A stretch of DNA of 44,692 bases from a virus, in IMG/VR virus record IMGVR_UViG_3300029263_000582; one strand, given 5' to 3'. The notes under the pieces were generated by a model. That model was not told the DNA's origin. It was given only the letters and a program-made list of their open reading frames with translations, and searched no databases. Positions 1-8,185 of the stretch are shown in pieces. The position numbers were made by a program, and so were the translations under genes. Positions within the stretch are counted from its first letter, which is position 1. Each line of letters begins with the position of its first letter.

Positions 1-141
1 ACGCTTTGATTGGAAGCTGAACCACTGCTCGCTGATACGTGAAGCGATTACATCAGGCTTCGTACTTTGTAATGTTAGACTCATCGTTTACTTCCTCTCC
101 TGCCACCGAAGCGGCTCATTCGCTCTGTAAGAGCTTTTCTG
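1..141. repeat. Exact 141-bp duplicate of 44552..44692 (circular-contig overlap)
   Basis: Read directly: bases 1-141 are identical to 44552-44692. The repeat lies inside coding sequence (TerL stop and portal start), so it closes a circle rather than marking a physical genome end. Confidence 0.9.
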
Positions 142-1661
142 TTAGTACGTATACCTTTGCCTAGGGGAGCCTTTATCTTGCTCACAGCGAGCGCTAGGGC
201 ATCCTTAAGGTCATCATTAGGTGGACGGGGCATCGTTAGTTCGTATTCAAGGTCTCGGATAAGACCTTTACGCATGTGATAAACCTCTCCGTTACGGTAA
301 CGAGGCTCAAGTATTTGCAAGATACGTTCTTCTTTTTTCTGTTTGTTACTTGCAACTTCGCCCTCAACCTTGAGAGTACCACCTTCTTTTCTTATCTGGT
401 CTTGCAAGTACTGCTTGATTAACTTACCACCGTTGTTAGTTTCAACCCAGAGTTCCTTGAATCCCCAGTCCCTGTGTAAGTCAGCTACCTTCTTGTAGAA
501 CACTTCGTACTTCTCAGTCTGGAACTTATCCAAATCAAGCACATAAAGATATCCGTCCGTATCCATACCTACCACAAGGATAGCAGTGAAGTCTCGTCTA
601 CGGCTCGCTGAGGAGCTGAATGCTAAATCCATAGCAGCTACTAGCTTAAGGTCTTTACCTGAGTACTGCCATGTGTTACCTGTATGTGTCAGGTGCTTAG
701 GGTTCATGTACTGGAAGTTCTCCCTGCTAATGCTTTGCAAGGATGAATCATTAGGGTCGTTGTAGTACTGGGCGAAGTAGCCAGTGATGTCTCCATCAAT
801 TGACATGTTAGCTTTCTTAATAGCTAGCTGCTGTACATCGAACCCGTACCACTCCCCGTTCTCCATCTTAAGCCTAGGCCATAAGAAGTTACCGTTACCT
901 GCACGGTTAGGGCTGTCCTCTACTACACGCTCGAAGATAGTCCAGAGCTTATCGTCTCTATCGTACTCATCATCAACGAACACTGGTACAGTTATCTCAA
1001 GGATGTTAGCGTACAGGTCGTCCTCACCGTAACGAGTACCTACCGCCTTAGCCTTAGACCCTGTAGTCATAATCTTAGTACAGTTCTTGTAGCACTTAAC
1101 AACGTCCTGCTTCTCAGCATCTGAGTCGTAGTTCTCATCCGTTACTAAGTCATCGAAGAGTACCTCGTTACAGTGATACCCTGTCTTACCTGACTTAACG
1201 GAAGTAACCCTAATGCTAGGGTCACGTACCATACGCTTCTTACGTTCAGGATGGTCAAGCTTAATAACTTCGTTAGTCCATGTGCCTGTAGGTTTATGTT
1301 TCATTGAACCGTCACGGTCTTTCACGTAGTTCAAGTGTTCAGGCCACAGGAGCCTGTGACTATCTGAACGAAGTATATCAACCACAACGTTAAGCTGTTC
1401 TTGTCCTAGACCGGGGTTAGCAGATACGTACAGGAACGTCCACCAAGGAGCTACTGTTAACTTCCATGCAGCGTACACGGCTAGGCAGTGAGACTTCTGA
1501 TGGTCACGAGGGATTAAGGCTAACTGATAGTCAGACTCCCCGTGTTGGAAGTAATGAAATAACTCTTTGTGTACGTCTCCGTAGTAACGGTCAGGGAACA
1601 TTACACAGGCGAATGTATAAAGGTCTTCTTCACAGACCTCTCGTAGTTCCTGTAGTTCCAT
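81..1661 (-). CDS. terL: Terminase large subunit
   Basis: 526-aa ORF. The N-terminal ATPase half has a PRDHQKS P-loop-like motif and a VLFDDLV Walker B. The C-terminal half looks like an RNase-H-like nuclease (AAMDLAFSS, DFTAILVVG, WVETNNGG). AGGAGG RBS upstream. Its TGA overlaps the portal ATG (ATGA, 81-84) across the circular junction. Confidence 0.9.
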   Translation of the reverse strand: MELQELREVCEEDLYTFACVMFPDRYYGDVHKELFHYFQHGESDYQLALIPRDHQKSHCLAVYAAWKLTVAPWWTFLYVSANPGLGQEQLNVVVDILRSDSHRLLWPEHLNYVKDRDGSMKHKPTGTWTNEVIKLDHPERKKRMVRDPSIRVTSVKSGKTGYHCNEVLFDDLVTDENYDSDAEKQDVVKCYKNCTKIMTTGSKAKAVGTRYGEDDLYANILEITVPVFVDDEYDRDDKLWTIFERVVEDSPNRAGNGNFLWPRLKMENGEWYGFDVQQLAIKKANMSIDGDITGYFAQYYNDPNDSSLQSISRENFQYMNPKHLTHTGNTWQYSGKDLKLVAAMDLAFSSSASRRRDFTAILVVGMDTDGYLYVLDLDKFQTEKYEVFYKKVADLHRDWGFKELWVETNNGGKLIKQYLQDQIRKEGGTLKVEGEVASNKQKKEERILQILEPRYRNGEVYHMRKGLIRDLEYELTMPRPPNDDLKDALALAVSKIKAPLGKGIRTNRKALTERMSRFGGRRGSKR

Positions 1662-1669
1662 TAATCCTC

Positions 1670-1963
1670 CTATTCGTCAGACCTACGTCTATCAAGCCTT
1701 TCACAAAGCTTCTCGATAGCAGCAGTCTGCCTGTCTATACTTTCCTTAAGGGGAGACGTATGAAGCAGTATCATCTGCACAGTCTCCGTCTTATCATAGT
1801 AACCTTTGTCTAAGGTCTGAGCAGTAACGCTAGCCTTGGACTCAACCTTGTTTATACGAGTTAATAGCATACGCCATACCACCCCGATAAGGCCACCAAT
1901 GACAGCAAGTCCTGCTGCCGCTGGTTTCCATAACAAGGCGATACCTATCTCACCTGATGACAT
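1670..1963 (-). CDS. Small membrane protein (N-terminal TM plus coiled-coil tail), in the position of the T7 gp18.5 i-spanin
   Basis: I prefer the internal ATG at 1963 (GAGGA RBS 6 nt upstream, directly after the upstream TAA) over the GTG at 1978. One TM segment (IGIALLWKPAAAGLAVIGGLIGVVW) followed by a charged helical tail. It sits between TerS and TerL as in T7. The functional call is positional only. Confidence 0.5.
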   Translation of the reverse strand: MSSGEIGIALLWKPAAAGLAVIGGLIGVVWRMLLTRINKVESKASVTAQTLDKGYYDKTETVQMILLHTSPLKESIDRQTAAIEKLCERLDRRRSDE

Positions 1964-1964
1964 A

Positions 1965-2486
1965 TTAATTCCTCGCACGGCTTATGCTCTGAACAATACT
2001 ATCGATAGCTGAAGTATCCTTCTTCACAGGTTTCTCTTCCTTAGGTTTCTTAGTAGGCGTACCGAACAGAAGCTTCTGAGCGTTAACGTTACCCCCATGA
2101 GCCGCCTCCATTAACTGTCTCTTAGCAAGGGACTCATCGCGTAGTCGCATGTCCTCCCTCCACTGCTCAAGCCCTTCGAAGCTGTACTCAGGTACTCCCT
2201 CCATGAACCATGATAAGGAGCAGAGCTTACGCCAATGCTTCATTGAACCTACTAGCTTAATAGCAGCATCGTACTCATCAACGGAGTGCATGTAAACTAA
2301 GTAAGCTGATATACGTTGTGTGCCTTTGTACTCCACATCCTGATTCTTTAACGTGTAAGTAGCTGTTTCTTTATGAGGGGAAGGGAACTCGTAGAACAAT
2401 GCTTGGGTAGCATCAAGGCCCTTACCGACCTTGAGCGTAACCCTTTGTTGCTTACAGTCCCACTCCTCGTAGTTAATATGTTGCAT
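1965..2486 (-). CDS. Putative terminase small subunit
   Basis: 173-aa ORF in the TerS slot upstream of TerL, with a basic C-terminal tail (KKPKEEKPVKK). Called from position and size only. No motif recognised. Confidence 0.45.
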   Translation of the reverse strand: MQHINYEEWDCKQQRVTLKVGKGLDATQALFYEFPSPHKETATYTLKNQDVEYKGTQRISAYLVYMHSVDEYDAAIKLVGSMKHWRKLCSLSWFMEGVPEYSFEGLEQWREDMRLRDESLAKRQLMEAAHGGNVNAQKLLFGTPTKKPKEEKPVKKDTSAIDSIVQSISRARN

Positions 2487-2544
2487 AGGAGTCCTTATTA
2501 TAAATCCTATTCGATCGAATGTGAAGGTGTTAAACCCCTTGGTT

Positions 2545-2593
2545 TTAATGAAATAAATGAAAGTGCTCTGCTCTCAACTAAGTAGAGCACTTT
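2545..2593 (-). terminator. Intrinsic terminator after tailspike 2
   Basis: A perfect 10-bp stem, AAAGTGCTCT (2560-2569) with AGAGCACTTT (2584-2593), starts 5 nt after the stop codon. On the minus strand it is followed by the T-rich tail CATTTATTTCATT. Confidence 0.6.
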
Positions 2594-2597
2594 GTTT

Positions 2598-4841
2598 CTA
2601 GTCTTTAACTAATACATAACTGAACCCTGCCGGTAGGGTTTGAGACTTTATAAGCCTATTTTGTATACCCGTAGTGCTTGGTAGGTTTTCTACTCTAACT
2701 GTTTTGCTCCCATCAAAAGTAGCATTTGATGCAGATATAAACTCTCCATTACTTCTTAATATTCCATCAAAGTCTGAGGTGGCAACAACTCTGAGCAATC
2801 CGTTTACAGTTAATTTATCTTTGTACTCATAATCAGAACCATCAGATGATAGTTGATTTCCACTGTTTACTATCTGGTTAAAAGCGCCGCTTATAGAGCC
2901 GCCAGTATTGTAATTATAGAAAACTGCGTAAGCGTCAGATCTTGCGGTTGGAACATCAATTAAACCTACAGACGGGTTGCTTGACATTTCTATCTGAACT
3001 TTGTGACCTTTGTGTCCTAATGTTATGCCGCTCGGGGTAAGACATCTATATGCGTAGTCTACTGAACCAATTACTCGTATTTTCGGACTTACACCCCTAC
3101 TGTTAATGCTAGCACCACTTGGTGGTGTGTTTCCACCACCGATAGGTAATAGAGTGTTATCAATAGTTCCATCGTAAGCAGCAACAGCAGAACCTATAAA
3201 TGTACCTTCGATATCAATATGGAAACCCGTCCCTCTCCATGCTGAACCAACTTTTCCGTAAGAGTTTTCATTGTGTATTTTGAACCCTCGCCAAGTAACA
3301 TGTCTTGCTCGCTCGCCTATAATAACACCAGTATCTTGAGCGGCATCAAAAACTCCGTCTCCGCTGTAGTAATCTTCTTCCCCTTTACCGCAGTTGTAAG
3401 CGTACCCGCCTAGTATGTTTATGCCGCCCATTTCCCCAGAATCGGGGTCATTTGAAAAATCTGCTAAGTCAAAAAACTCAGCGTAGTGCATACAATTCCT
3501 TGCTATAGGGTTAACTACGGTAACTCGGTCTGAGGGACTCGCTACAGTACACTGATACGCATAAGCTGCGGTACAATCGATAGCTTGAGGGTTGTCAATC
3601 TGTACGTCTGTGACGTTAGATTCAACCATTATCCCCCGCCCACCGCCATTATATATGTCCGTGTGGTCAGGTTGTCTTTTGCATCTTAGAAGTACAGGTC
3701 TAGTTATTTTTATATTCGTTACAGTCCCCAACCCAGACCCGCCAACACCGATACCATTGCAACCTAAGAAGTTATCACCGTCAATAACAGGGTCTACAAG
3801 TTCTGTTAATTCATCACCTCCCTCAAAAGCCCATACTGCATAAAAAGGTGAGGTTATTCTAACCTTGCCGCCTTTTTCGAACTCTACTCTTGTCCCTGCT
3901 GGTTGGCCTAAGCCTTGTTTAAGAAGAAGCTCTCCGCTTATGACGTAATTTTTTACATTACCTTTGGTTAGGAACTCCCTGATGGCGCTTCTCTCGTACT
4001 CTACGCCTCCATAACGAACGCCAAGTTGAGATAAATCCAGCTTGCTAACACTTATTATTTTAAACTGAATACTTGCATTTTCCTCGCTTTGAATTACATC
4101 AATATCGTCCGCAGCCTCACCAGTTACAATTTCCCACTCACCACCGCCATAACCAGTACCAGCATGATACTCGTTAGTTTTAATACGGATCCCAACCATT
4201 GACTCGTCAACTTCTAGCGCTTTTAACTCGTCAATGTTTTTTACTCGGCGTGTGTAGTTTTTAGAGAGGTTGTACTTACTATAGACAGGTTCGCTAGGAA
4301 CCGTATCCTTTTCAACCTCAAACGGCAGTGCTCCGTTATAAGTCCAGATGCTGCCATCCGAATCGATACCAACATCGCCAGACTCGTTATATGTAAAGCC
4401 TTTTTCAAAGAAGCCGTACTCTCCGCTAAGCCCTTGAGATATAAGCAACGCACTGGTAATCTCAGTTAGGTCTTTAGCCTTAGCTGCACTGTTAGCTGCA
4501 CTGGTAGCCGACTGCTCTGCTGAACTAGCAGATTGCCCTGCGGACACCGCCGCTTGCTCCTCTGACTCCTGCGCTCCACCTGCCGCTTCTACAGCAGCAT
4601 CCCGTGCAGTCTTAGTATCATCAATAAAAGGTTTAACGTCACCTAGACGTACAGGCTCCTGTGAGTAAACAGGTTCAGGGAGGTTCAGGATACGCTGACT
4701 GTTCATATCTAAGTCAGTATCCAAGAAGTTAGCACCATCACCCTTGCGGTCTAGTACGTCTTCAAACGCGTCCTGTATCTTCACAAGCTCTGCGTTAATA
4801 CCTTTAAGCGAAGTCTTCGGTGTATTAGTATATCGTGCCAT
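2598..4841 (-). CDS. Tail fibre/tailspike 2 (receptor-binding protein)
   Basis: 747 aa. The N-terminal ~70 aa are paralogous to ORF 4870..6810 (MARYT.TP..L.GIN.EL.K..LDRKG..NF.D..LDMNS.R.LNLP.P...EP.R.GD). There is an A/S/E-rich linker and a second shared block (LIS.GLSG.YGFFE.GF....GDVGIDSD). The long G/N/S/T-rich C-terminal part looks beta-helix-like. Confidence 0.75.
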   Translation of the reverse strand: MARYTNTPKTSLKGINAELVKIQDAFEDVLDRKGDGANFLDTDLDMNSQRILNLPEPVYSQEPVRLGDVKPFIDDTKTARDAAVEAAGGAQESEEQAAVSAGQSASSAEQSATSAANSAAKAKDLTEITSALLISQGLSGEYGFFEKGFTYNESGDVGIDSDGSIWTYNGALPFEVEKDTVPSEPVYSKYNLSKNYTRRVKNIDELKALEVDESMVGIRIKTNEYHAGTGYGGGEWEIVTGEAADDIDVIQSEENASIQFKIISVSKLDLSQLGVRYGGVEYERSAIREFLTKGNVKNYVISGELLLKQGLGQPAGTRVEFEKGGKVRITSPFYAVWAFEGGDELTELVDPVIDGDNFLGCNGIGVGGSGLGTVTNIKITRPVLLRCKRQPDHTDIYNGGGRGIMVESNVTDVQIDNPQAIDCTAAYAYQCTVASPSDRVTVVNPIARNCMHYAEFFDLADFSNDPDSGEMGGINILGGYAYNCGKGEEDYYSGDGVFDAAQDTGVIIGERARHVTWRGFKIHNENSYGKVGSAWRGTGFHIDIEGTFIGSAVAAYDGTIDNTLLPIGGGNTPPSGASINSRGVSPKIRVIGSVDYAYRCLTPSGITLGHKGHKVQIEMSSNPSVGLIDVPTARSDAYAVFYNYNTGGSISGAFNQIVNSGNQLSSDGSDYEYKDKLTVNGLLRVVATSDFDGILRSNGEFISASNATFDGSKTVRVENLPSTTGIQNRLIKSQTLPAGFSYVLVKD

Positions 4842-4869
4842 GTGTATCCTTAATTAGTAGGTAGGGGTT

Positions 4870-6810
4870 CTACATTTGAACCCAAGATGGTCCGTTAGCA
4901 ACGAACGTTAAAACATCCCCATTACTCAGGAGTTCGTCCGCACCACTCTTTAATACGAACCTGCCTTCTCCTCCTATTGAGTGACGTATAGTAGTGAACG
5001 TATCCTTTATTAGAAGATGAAGAGTAGTACCCTCACGAAGTCCTGTACAATTAGTTATGCTAGTAGCTGAGGTGTTAGCCGTCTTAACTGACTTAACTTT
5101 AGTACCGTCATAAGTAGGGGAGTTAGCTGTCCATGTTTTTACTACAGGAGTCTCGTAACTATAATCCCTTTCCGCGTGCAGGTTATTTATGCTTAAAGCT
5201 GTAACCCCGAACTCATCTGCTGTAGTAGAGATATAAGGTAACGGGTAAGTTATGCTTACACTCTTATCTCTGTAGTCAGTAAAGGAAGTTGACATACTTA
5301 ATCCGAATGTTAAACCTGCGGCTTTAAGATTACTCTCTCCCGATAGGGTAGCACCTTTACTACTTACAGAAGTAACAGAGTCTAAGTAAACCCGGTTATT
5401 ACCTGAGTCTTTAAGGTGAATAATGTTATCGTAAGTCCCAGTAGACCTAGGTAAGAAAGACATACCTTGAATGCTTAAGTTACCGAAGTTCTCACATAAG
5501 ATAGCGCCTTGACTTCCGAAGTCTTCTGCATTACAGTTAATAGTCGTTATCTGGTAGGGCTTATTCGTAGCTAAGTCTCCGAACCAACCCCAGTACCTAT
5601 CCTCTGTAGTCTCATCAATACCGTTACAAGATACTAGTAAAGCTCTGCCTAAGATACGATAACCCGCCTTACCTACACCAACGGAGTGAGCGTAACAGTT
5701 ACTGAACTGAACTGTGTTACCGCCTAGTGTGTAGAAGCAGTGACCGTTATTACTATCCGCATCTACATGAGATACCTCAACACTGAAGGGTCTCGATATA
5801 CGAACAGTGTCGTTACCAGAGAACAGCCGAAGCCTTGATAACTTAGTCTGGAAAGTCTCTCGTGTTGCAGTCTCTAATGAGATAGCGTAGTCGCAAAACC
5901 CTGTGATCTTGAAGTCCGCTAGTTCTAGTCTGACGAATACATCCCCGTCAACCGCAATAGCACTCTTACCTCCCATGCCTACGCAGTTAATAGTTGAAGT
6001 CTCTTTACCAGCTCCTCTCCATACAGACCCTAGGCTCTTTGTTGCCCCTCGGTAGTAGATAGTATCGCTGATATCAAAGACACCCGGAGGTAATACGAAG
6101 AATCCTACATCATCAATCATCGCCTGTATAGGTAACTGGTTATCTCCCCTATCTTCCGAGAGTCCGTACCAGCGAGCGTCTAGATTAGATACGCTTTCTT
6201 TTATAACCGCAGTATTCCCATTACCTGCGTCTAGTACATCAAGACCGTTAGGCGTACCCCCTGTAACAACCTCGAACGTAGCAAGCCCACGGTCTTCTAG
6301 GATAGCTGTGTCTCCTGCCTGAAGACTCCCCTCTTGTAGCTGAGCTACTGTAAGGAATGAATAAGAGGACACACGCTCGTAGTCAGGAGAGCTAGGTGTA
6401 GTACCAGCAGTAACAGTAGCGCTGCCTGTGCCTAGAAGCCAGAGCTTGTTATCTGAATCAATACCTACGTCTCCCTCGTTAACGAAGCTGAAGCCTTGTT
6501 CGAAGAATCCATAGTTACCTGATAAGCCTTTAGAGATTAAGAACTCTTTAATACTTAAGTAAGTGTCTTGAGCGTATTCGAAACTTATGTTCGAACCAGT
6601 AGCTAAGTCACCTCTTCGTAAAGGCTCTTGGTCTGTTAAAGGAGCAGGTAGGTTAAGAACCCTACGTGAGTTCATGTCAAGATTAGCATCCATGAAGTTA
6701 GGAGTAACCCCTTTACGGTCAAGGGTGTCCTTCATAGCTAATTCGACCTTAGCTAGTTCGTTATTAATACCTTGTAGAGTACTAACGGGTGTACGTGTAT
6801 AACGTGCCAT
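4870..6810 (-). CDS. Tail fibre/tailspike 1 (receptor-binding protein)
   Basis: 646 aa. It shares the N-terminal anchor module and the GLSGNYGFFEQGF block with ORF 2598..4841, but the C-terminal two thirds are unrelated. The RBS context is nearly identical to that of the paralogue (TAAGGA.ACAC.ATGGCACG.TATAC). Confidence 0.75.
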   Translation of the reverse strand: MARYTRTPVSTLQGINNELAKVELAMKDTLDRKGVTPNFMDANLDMNSRRVLNLPAPLTDQEPLRRGDLATGSNISFEYAQDTYLSIKEFLISKGLSGNYGFFEQGFSFVNEGDVGIDSDNKLWLLGTGSATVTAGTTPSSPDYERVSSYSFLTVAQLQEGSLQAGDTAILEDRGLATFEVVTGGTPNGLDVLDAGNGNTAVIKESVSNLDARWYGLSEDRGDNQLPIQAMIDDVGFFVLPPGVFDISDTIYYRGATKSLGSVWRGAGKETSTINCVGMGGKSAIAVDGDVFVRLELADFKITGFCDYAISLETATRETFQTKLSRLRLFSGNDTVRISRPFSVEVSHVDADSNNGHCFYTLGGNTVQFSNCYAHSVGVGKAGYRILGRALLVSCNGIDETTEDRYWGWFGDLATNKPYQITTINCNAEDFGSQGAILCENFGNLSIQGMSFLPRSTGTYDNIIHLKDSGNNRVYLDSVTSVSSKGATLSGESNLKAAGLTFGLSMSTSFTDYRDKSVSITYPLPYISTTADEFGVTALSINNLHAERDYSYETPVVKTWTANSPTYDGTKVKSVKTANTSATSITNCTGLREGTTLHLLIKDTFTTIRHSIGGEGRFVLKSGADELLSNGDVLTFVANGPSWVQM

Positions 6811-6818
6811 AGTGTTCC

Positions 6819-7229
6819 TTAATTGTTAGCTTTCTTCTCAGAAGTCCTGTAGTGAGCGTACCCTAGATAGCCTGCACCGAAGAGTGCCCACATCTCTGAA
6901 GGGATAGCTGATAAGAACATCTGGAATCCTTCTATGACAGCAGCAGCGAGTACTGGGTCGAAGAAGAACAAGAATCCGAATAGAGGAGCTAGTAGCATGT
7001 ACGTGTACATAACGTACAAGAACGTTGGCCTAGCTCGTGAAGTCCAAGGGTCGTTAGACTGAGCCTCGGAGTTAATAGCAGATAAAGACGTACGTAACGT
7101 CTCTAGTTTATCTGAACGTCTAAGAGACTCTAGCTTAAGAGCAGCCTCAGCTTTCTCAGTATCAGTCTCGAAGAGTTCATCAATTATCTTGTAGCCAGTA
7201 TCAAGTACTGCTGTCCAAGGGAGTTTCAT
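6819..7229 (-). CDS. Putative holin (3-TM, GTA-holin/DUF3154-like)
   Basis: 136 aa. A hydrophilic N-terminus is followed by INSEAQSNDPWTSRARP and then hydrophobic segments (TFLYVMYTYMLLAPLFGFLFFF, AAAVIEGFQMFLSAI, MWALFGAGYLGY). The pattern matches my memory of the 3-TM holin family. It is the first gene of the late arm. Confidence 0.5.
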   Translation of the reverse strand: MKLPWTAVLDTGYKIIDELFETDTEKAEAALKLESLRRSDKLETLRTSLSAINSEAQSNDPWTSRARPTFLYVMYTYMLLAPLFGFLFFFDPVLAAAVIEGFQMFLSAIPSEMWALFGAGYLGYAHYRTSEKKANN

Positions 7230-7283
7230 ATTCTTTCCTTATTCATGCCCTGCCCTTCGGGCAAGCTTTAGATAAATACATCT

Positions 7284-7312
7284 AATATAGTAAGAGAAGG
7301 TATGTATTGCAA
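7284..7312 (-). promoter_or_regulatory. Sigma70-like late-arm promoter
   Basis: On the minus strand: TTGCAA (7307-7312), 17-nt spacer, TATATT (7284-7289), about 55 nt upstream of the holin ATG. The -35 lies inside the perfect palindrome GTATTGCAAGGCAATAC (7304-7320). A TGCCC-TTCG-GGGCA hairpin lies in the 5' UTR. Confidence 0.55.
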
Positions 7313-7322
7313 GGCAATACCC

Positions 7323-7384
7323 TAAAAGAAAGTAGAGATATGAATAAGGTACTAAAGAAAGTACATTAAGAGATATGAATAAAG
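7323..7384. repeat. Tandem bipartite direct repeat upstream of the late promoter
   Basis: AAAGAAAGTA occurs at 7325-7334 and 7354-7363. GAGATATGAATAA occurs at 7335-7347 and 7370-7382. This places the repeats about 10-70 nt upstream of the -35 of the minus-strand promoter. Confidence 0.7.
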
Positions 7385-7418
7385 AGTGAGTGCCGAGACT
7401 ACCGCAGGTAGACGAGTG

Positions 7419-7471
7419 CTCGAACCTATCGGGTAGAAGGTTGGACAGGCGAAGCCGATAGTCTGTTCGAG
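7419..7471. repeat. Long interrupted inverted repeat (14-bp stem)
   Basis: CTCGAAC-CTATCGG (7419-7432) pairs with CCGATAG-tct-GTTCGAG (7455-7471). This gives 7+7 bp with a 3-nt bulge and a 22-nt loop. Confidence 0.7.
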
Positions 7472-7490
7472 GAGCTAAGGGGTAGTCGCT

Positions 7491-7744
7491 CTAGAGGCTA
7501 GGGGTTATGGGACTTGCAGAAATGTTAGAGGTGCTATGCACCCCACCCCGACAAGCAAGTAAAACCCTAGGGTGCCCCTAAGCTGCTAGAGTACCCCCCG
7601 TCAACCTTCTTAGGAGCCTAGCCGTAAGGCTGTCGGGACGTAAGGCCATCAAGGGGGCTAAACGTATAGCAGTGTATACCACTGTACTTCTAGAAGGCTA
7701 GATGGCTGGATTGCTAGAGGGCTTAAGGGTTAGACGGTTAGAGG
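7491..7744. repeat. Cluster of degenerate YTAGAGG-type repeats (iteron-like)
   Basis: CTAGAGG at 7491, CTAGGGG at 7498, TTAGAGG at 7525, CTAGAGT at 7586, CTAGAAG at 7690, CTAGATG at 7698, CTAGAGG at 7714, TTAGACG at 7730, TTAGAGG at 7738. All are in the same orientation in an ORF-free, visibly G+C-richer stretch. Confidence 0.6.
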
Positions 7745-7803
7745 GGGGGATGGGTATGTGCCTAGCGGCACGGATAGATAACCTTCTAGGTATCTAGGCT
7801 TAT

Positions 7804-7835
7804 ATACGTCTAAGCGTATGGACGTCTATACGTCT
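7804..7835. repeat. Three closely spaced ACGTCT repeats
   Basis: ACGTCT at 7806-7811, 7822-7827 and 7830-7835, two of them as ATACGTCT. The related 16-mers TAAATAGCGTCTTGCT (7911-7926) and TAAATAACGTCTTGCT (8025-8040) follow in an A+T-rich stretch. Confidence 0.65.
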
Positions 7836-8016
7836 TTAACTTTATTATCTGTAGTCTATTGACTGCCTAAGGTTAGTATGCTATTCGTGCGCATGCGGAC
7901 TATCTATAGCTAAATAGCGTCTTGCTGGTGTTTAACTTATTTAATCTTATTTCTCTTTATGAATCAGGCACTTATAAATTAATTAGTAGTTATTTCATCT
8001 TTTTTGCATTTAATAC

Positions 8017-8045
8017 TTGCAACTTAAATAACGTCTTGCTATTAT
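8017..8045 (+). promoter_or_regulatory. Sigma70-like early promoter
   Basis: TTGCAA (8017-8022), 17-nt spacer, TATTAT (8040-8045), with an A+T-rich upstream region. Confidence 0.5.
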
Positions 8046-8156
8046 TTCTACATCGAAACGGAACAGCGTATCGAACCTTAAGTTTAACTAGTGACGAAGC
8101 TTAGTATTAGCCCTTTAAGGCATCTAAACAACTTCTAAGAACTGTATCGAATTAGG

Positions 8157-8185
8157 TTGACAACGTTCTAACGATTATGTATTAT
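8157..8185 (+). promoter_or_regulatory. Strong sigma70-consensus early promoter
   Basis: TTGACA (8157-8162), 17-nt spacer, TATTAT (8180-8185). A TCGCT-GAGAT-AGCGA hairpin lies at the predicted 5' end of the transcript. Confidence 0.65.

Noticed and set aside
1-141. The 141-bp repeat as a genuine direct terminal repeat of the virion DNA
   Set aside because: It falls inside the overlapping TerL stop and portal start, so it would cut a coupled gene pair. An exact end overlap is what a circular assembly produces.
784-1813. Plus-strand ORFs 784-1032 and 1466-1813 inside or opposite the terminase gene
   Set aside because: They are antisense shadows of a well-supported gene, with low-complexity translations and no RBS. 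The same reasoning applies to 2373-2585, 3592-3843, 4241-4453, 6587-6802, 29603-29869, 30098-30346, 31643-31864, 32327-32758, 34169-34396, 35582-35818, 39005-39238, 40766-40963, 40868-41074, 41632-41823, 43524-43712 and 44481-44681.
1670-1963. Embedded o-spanin (Rz1-like lipoprotein) inside the small TM gene, as in T7 18.5/18.7
   Set aside because: I translated both alternative frames by hand. I found only short ORFs with no signal peptide and no lipobox (L-x-x-C).
7922-8104. 60-aa ORF in the control region
   Set aside because: It lies in the A+T-rich promoter tract and is overlapped by two promoter predictions. The translation is low-complexity (F/L/N-rich) and there is no RBS.
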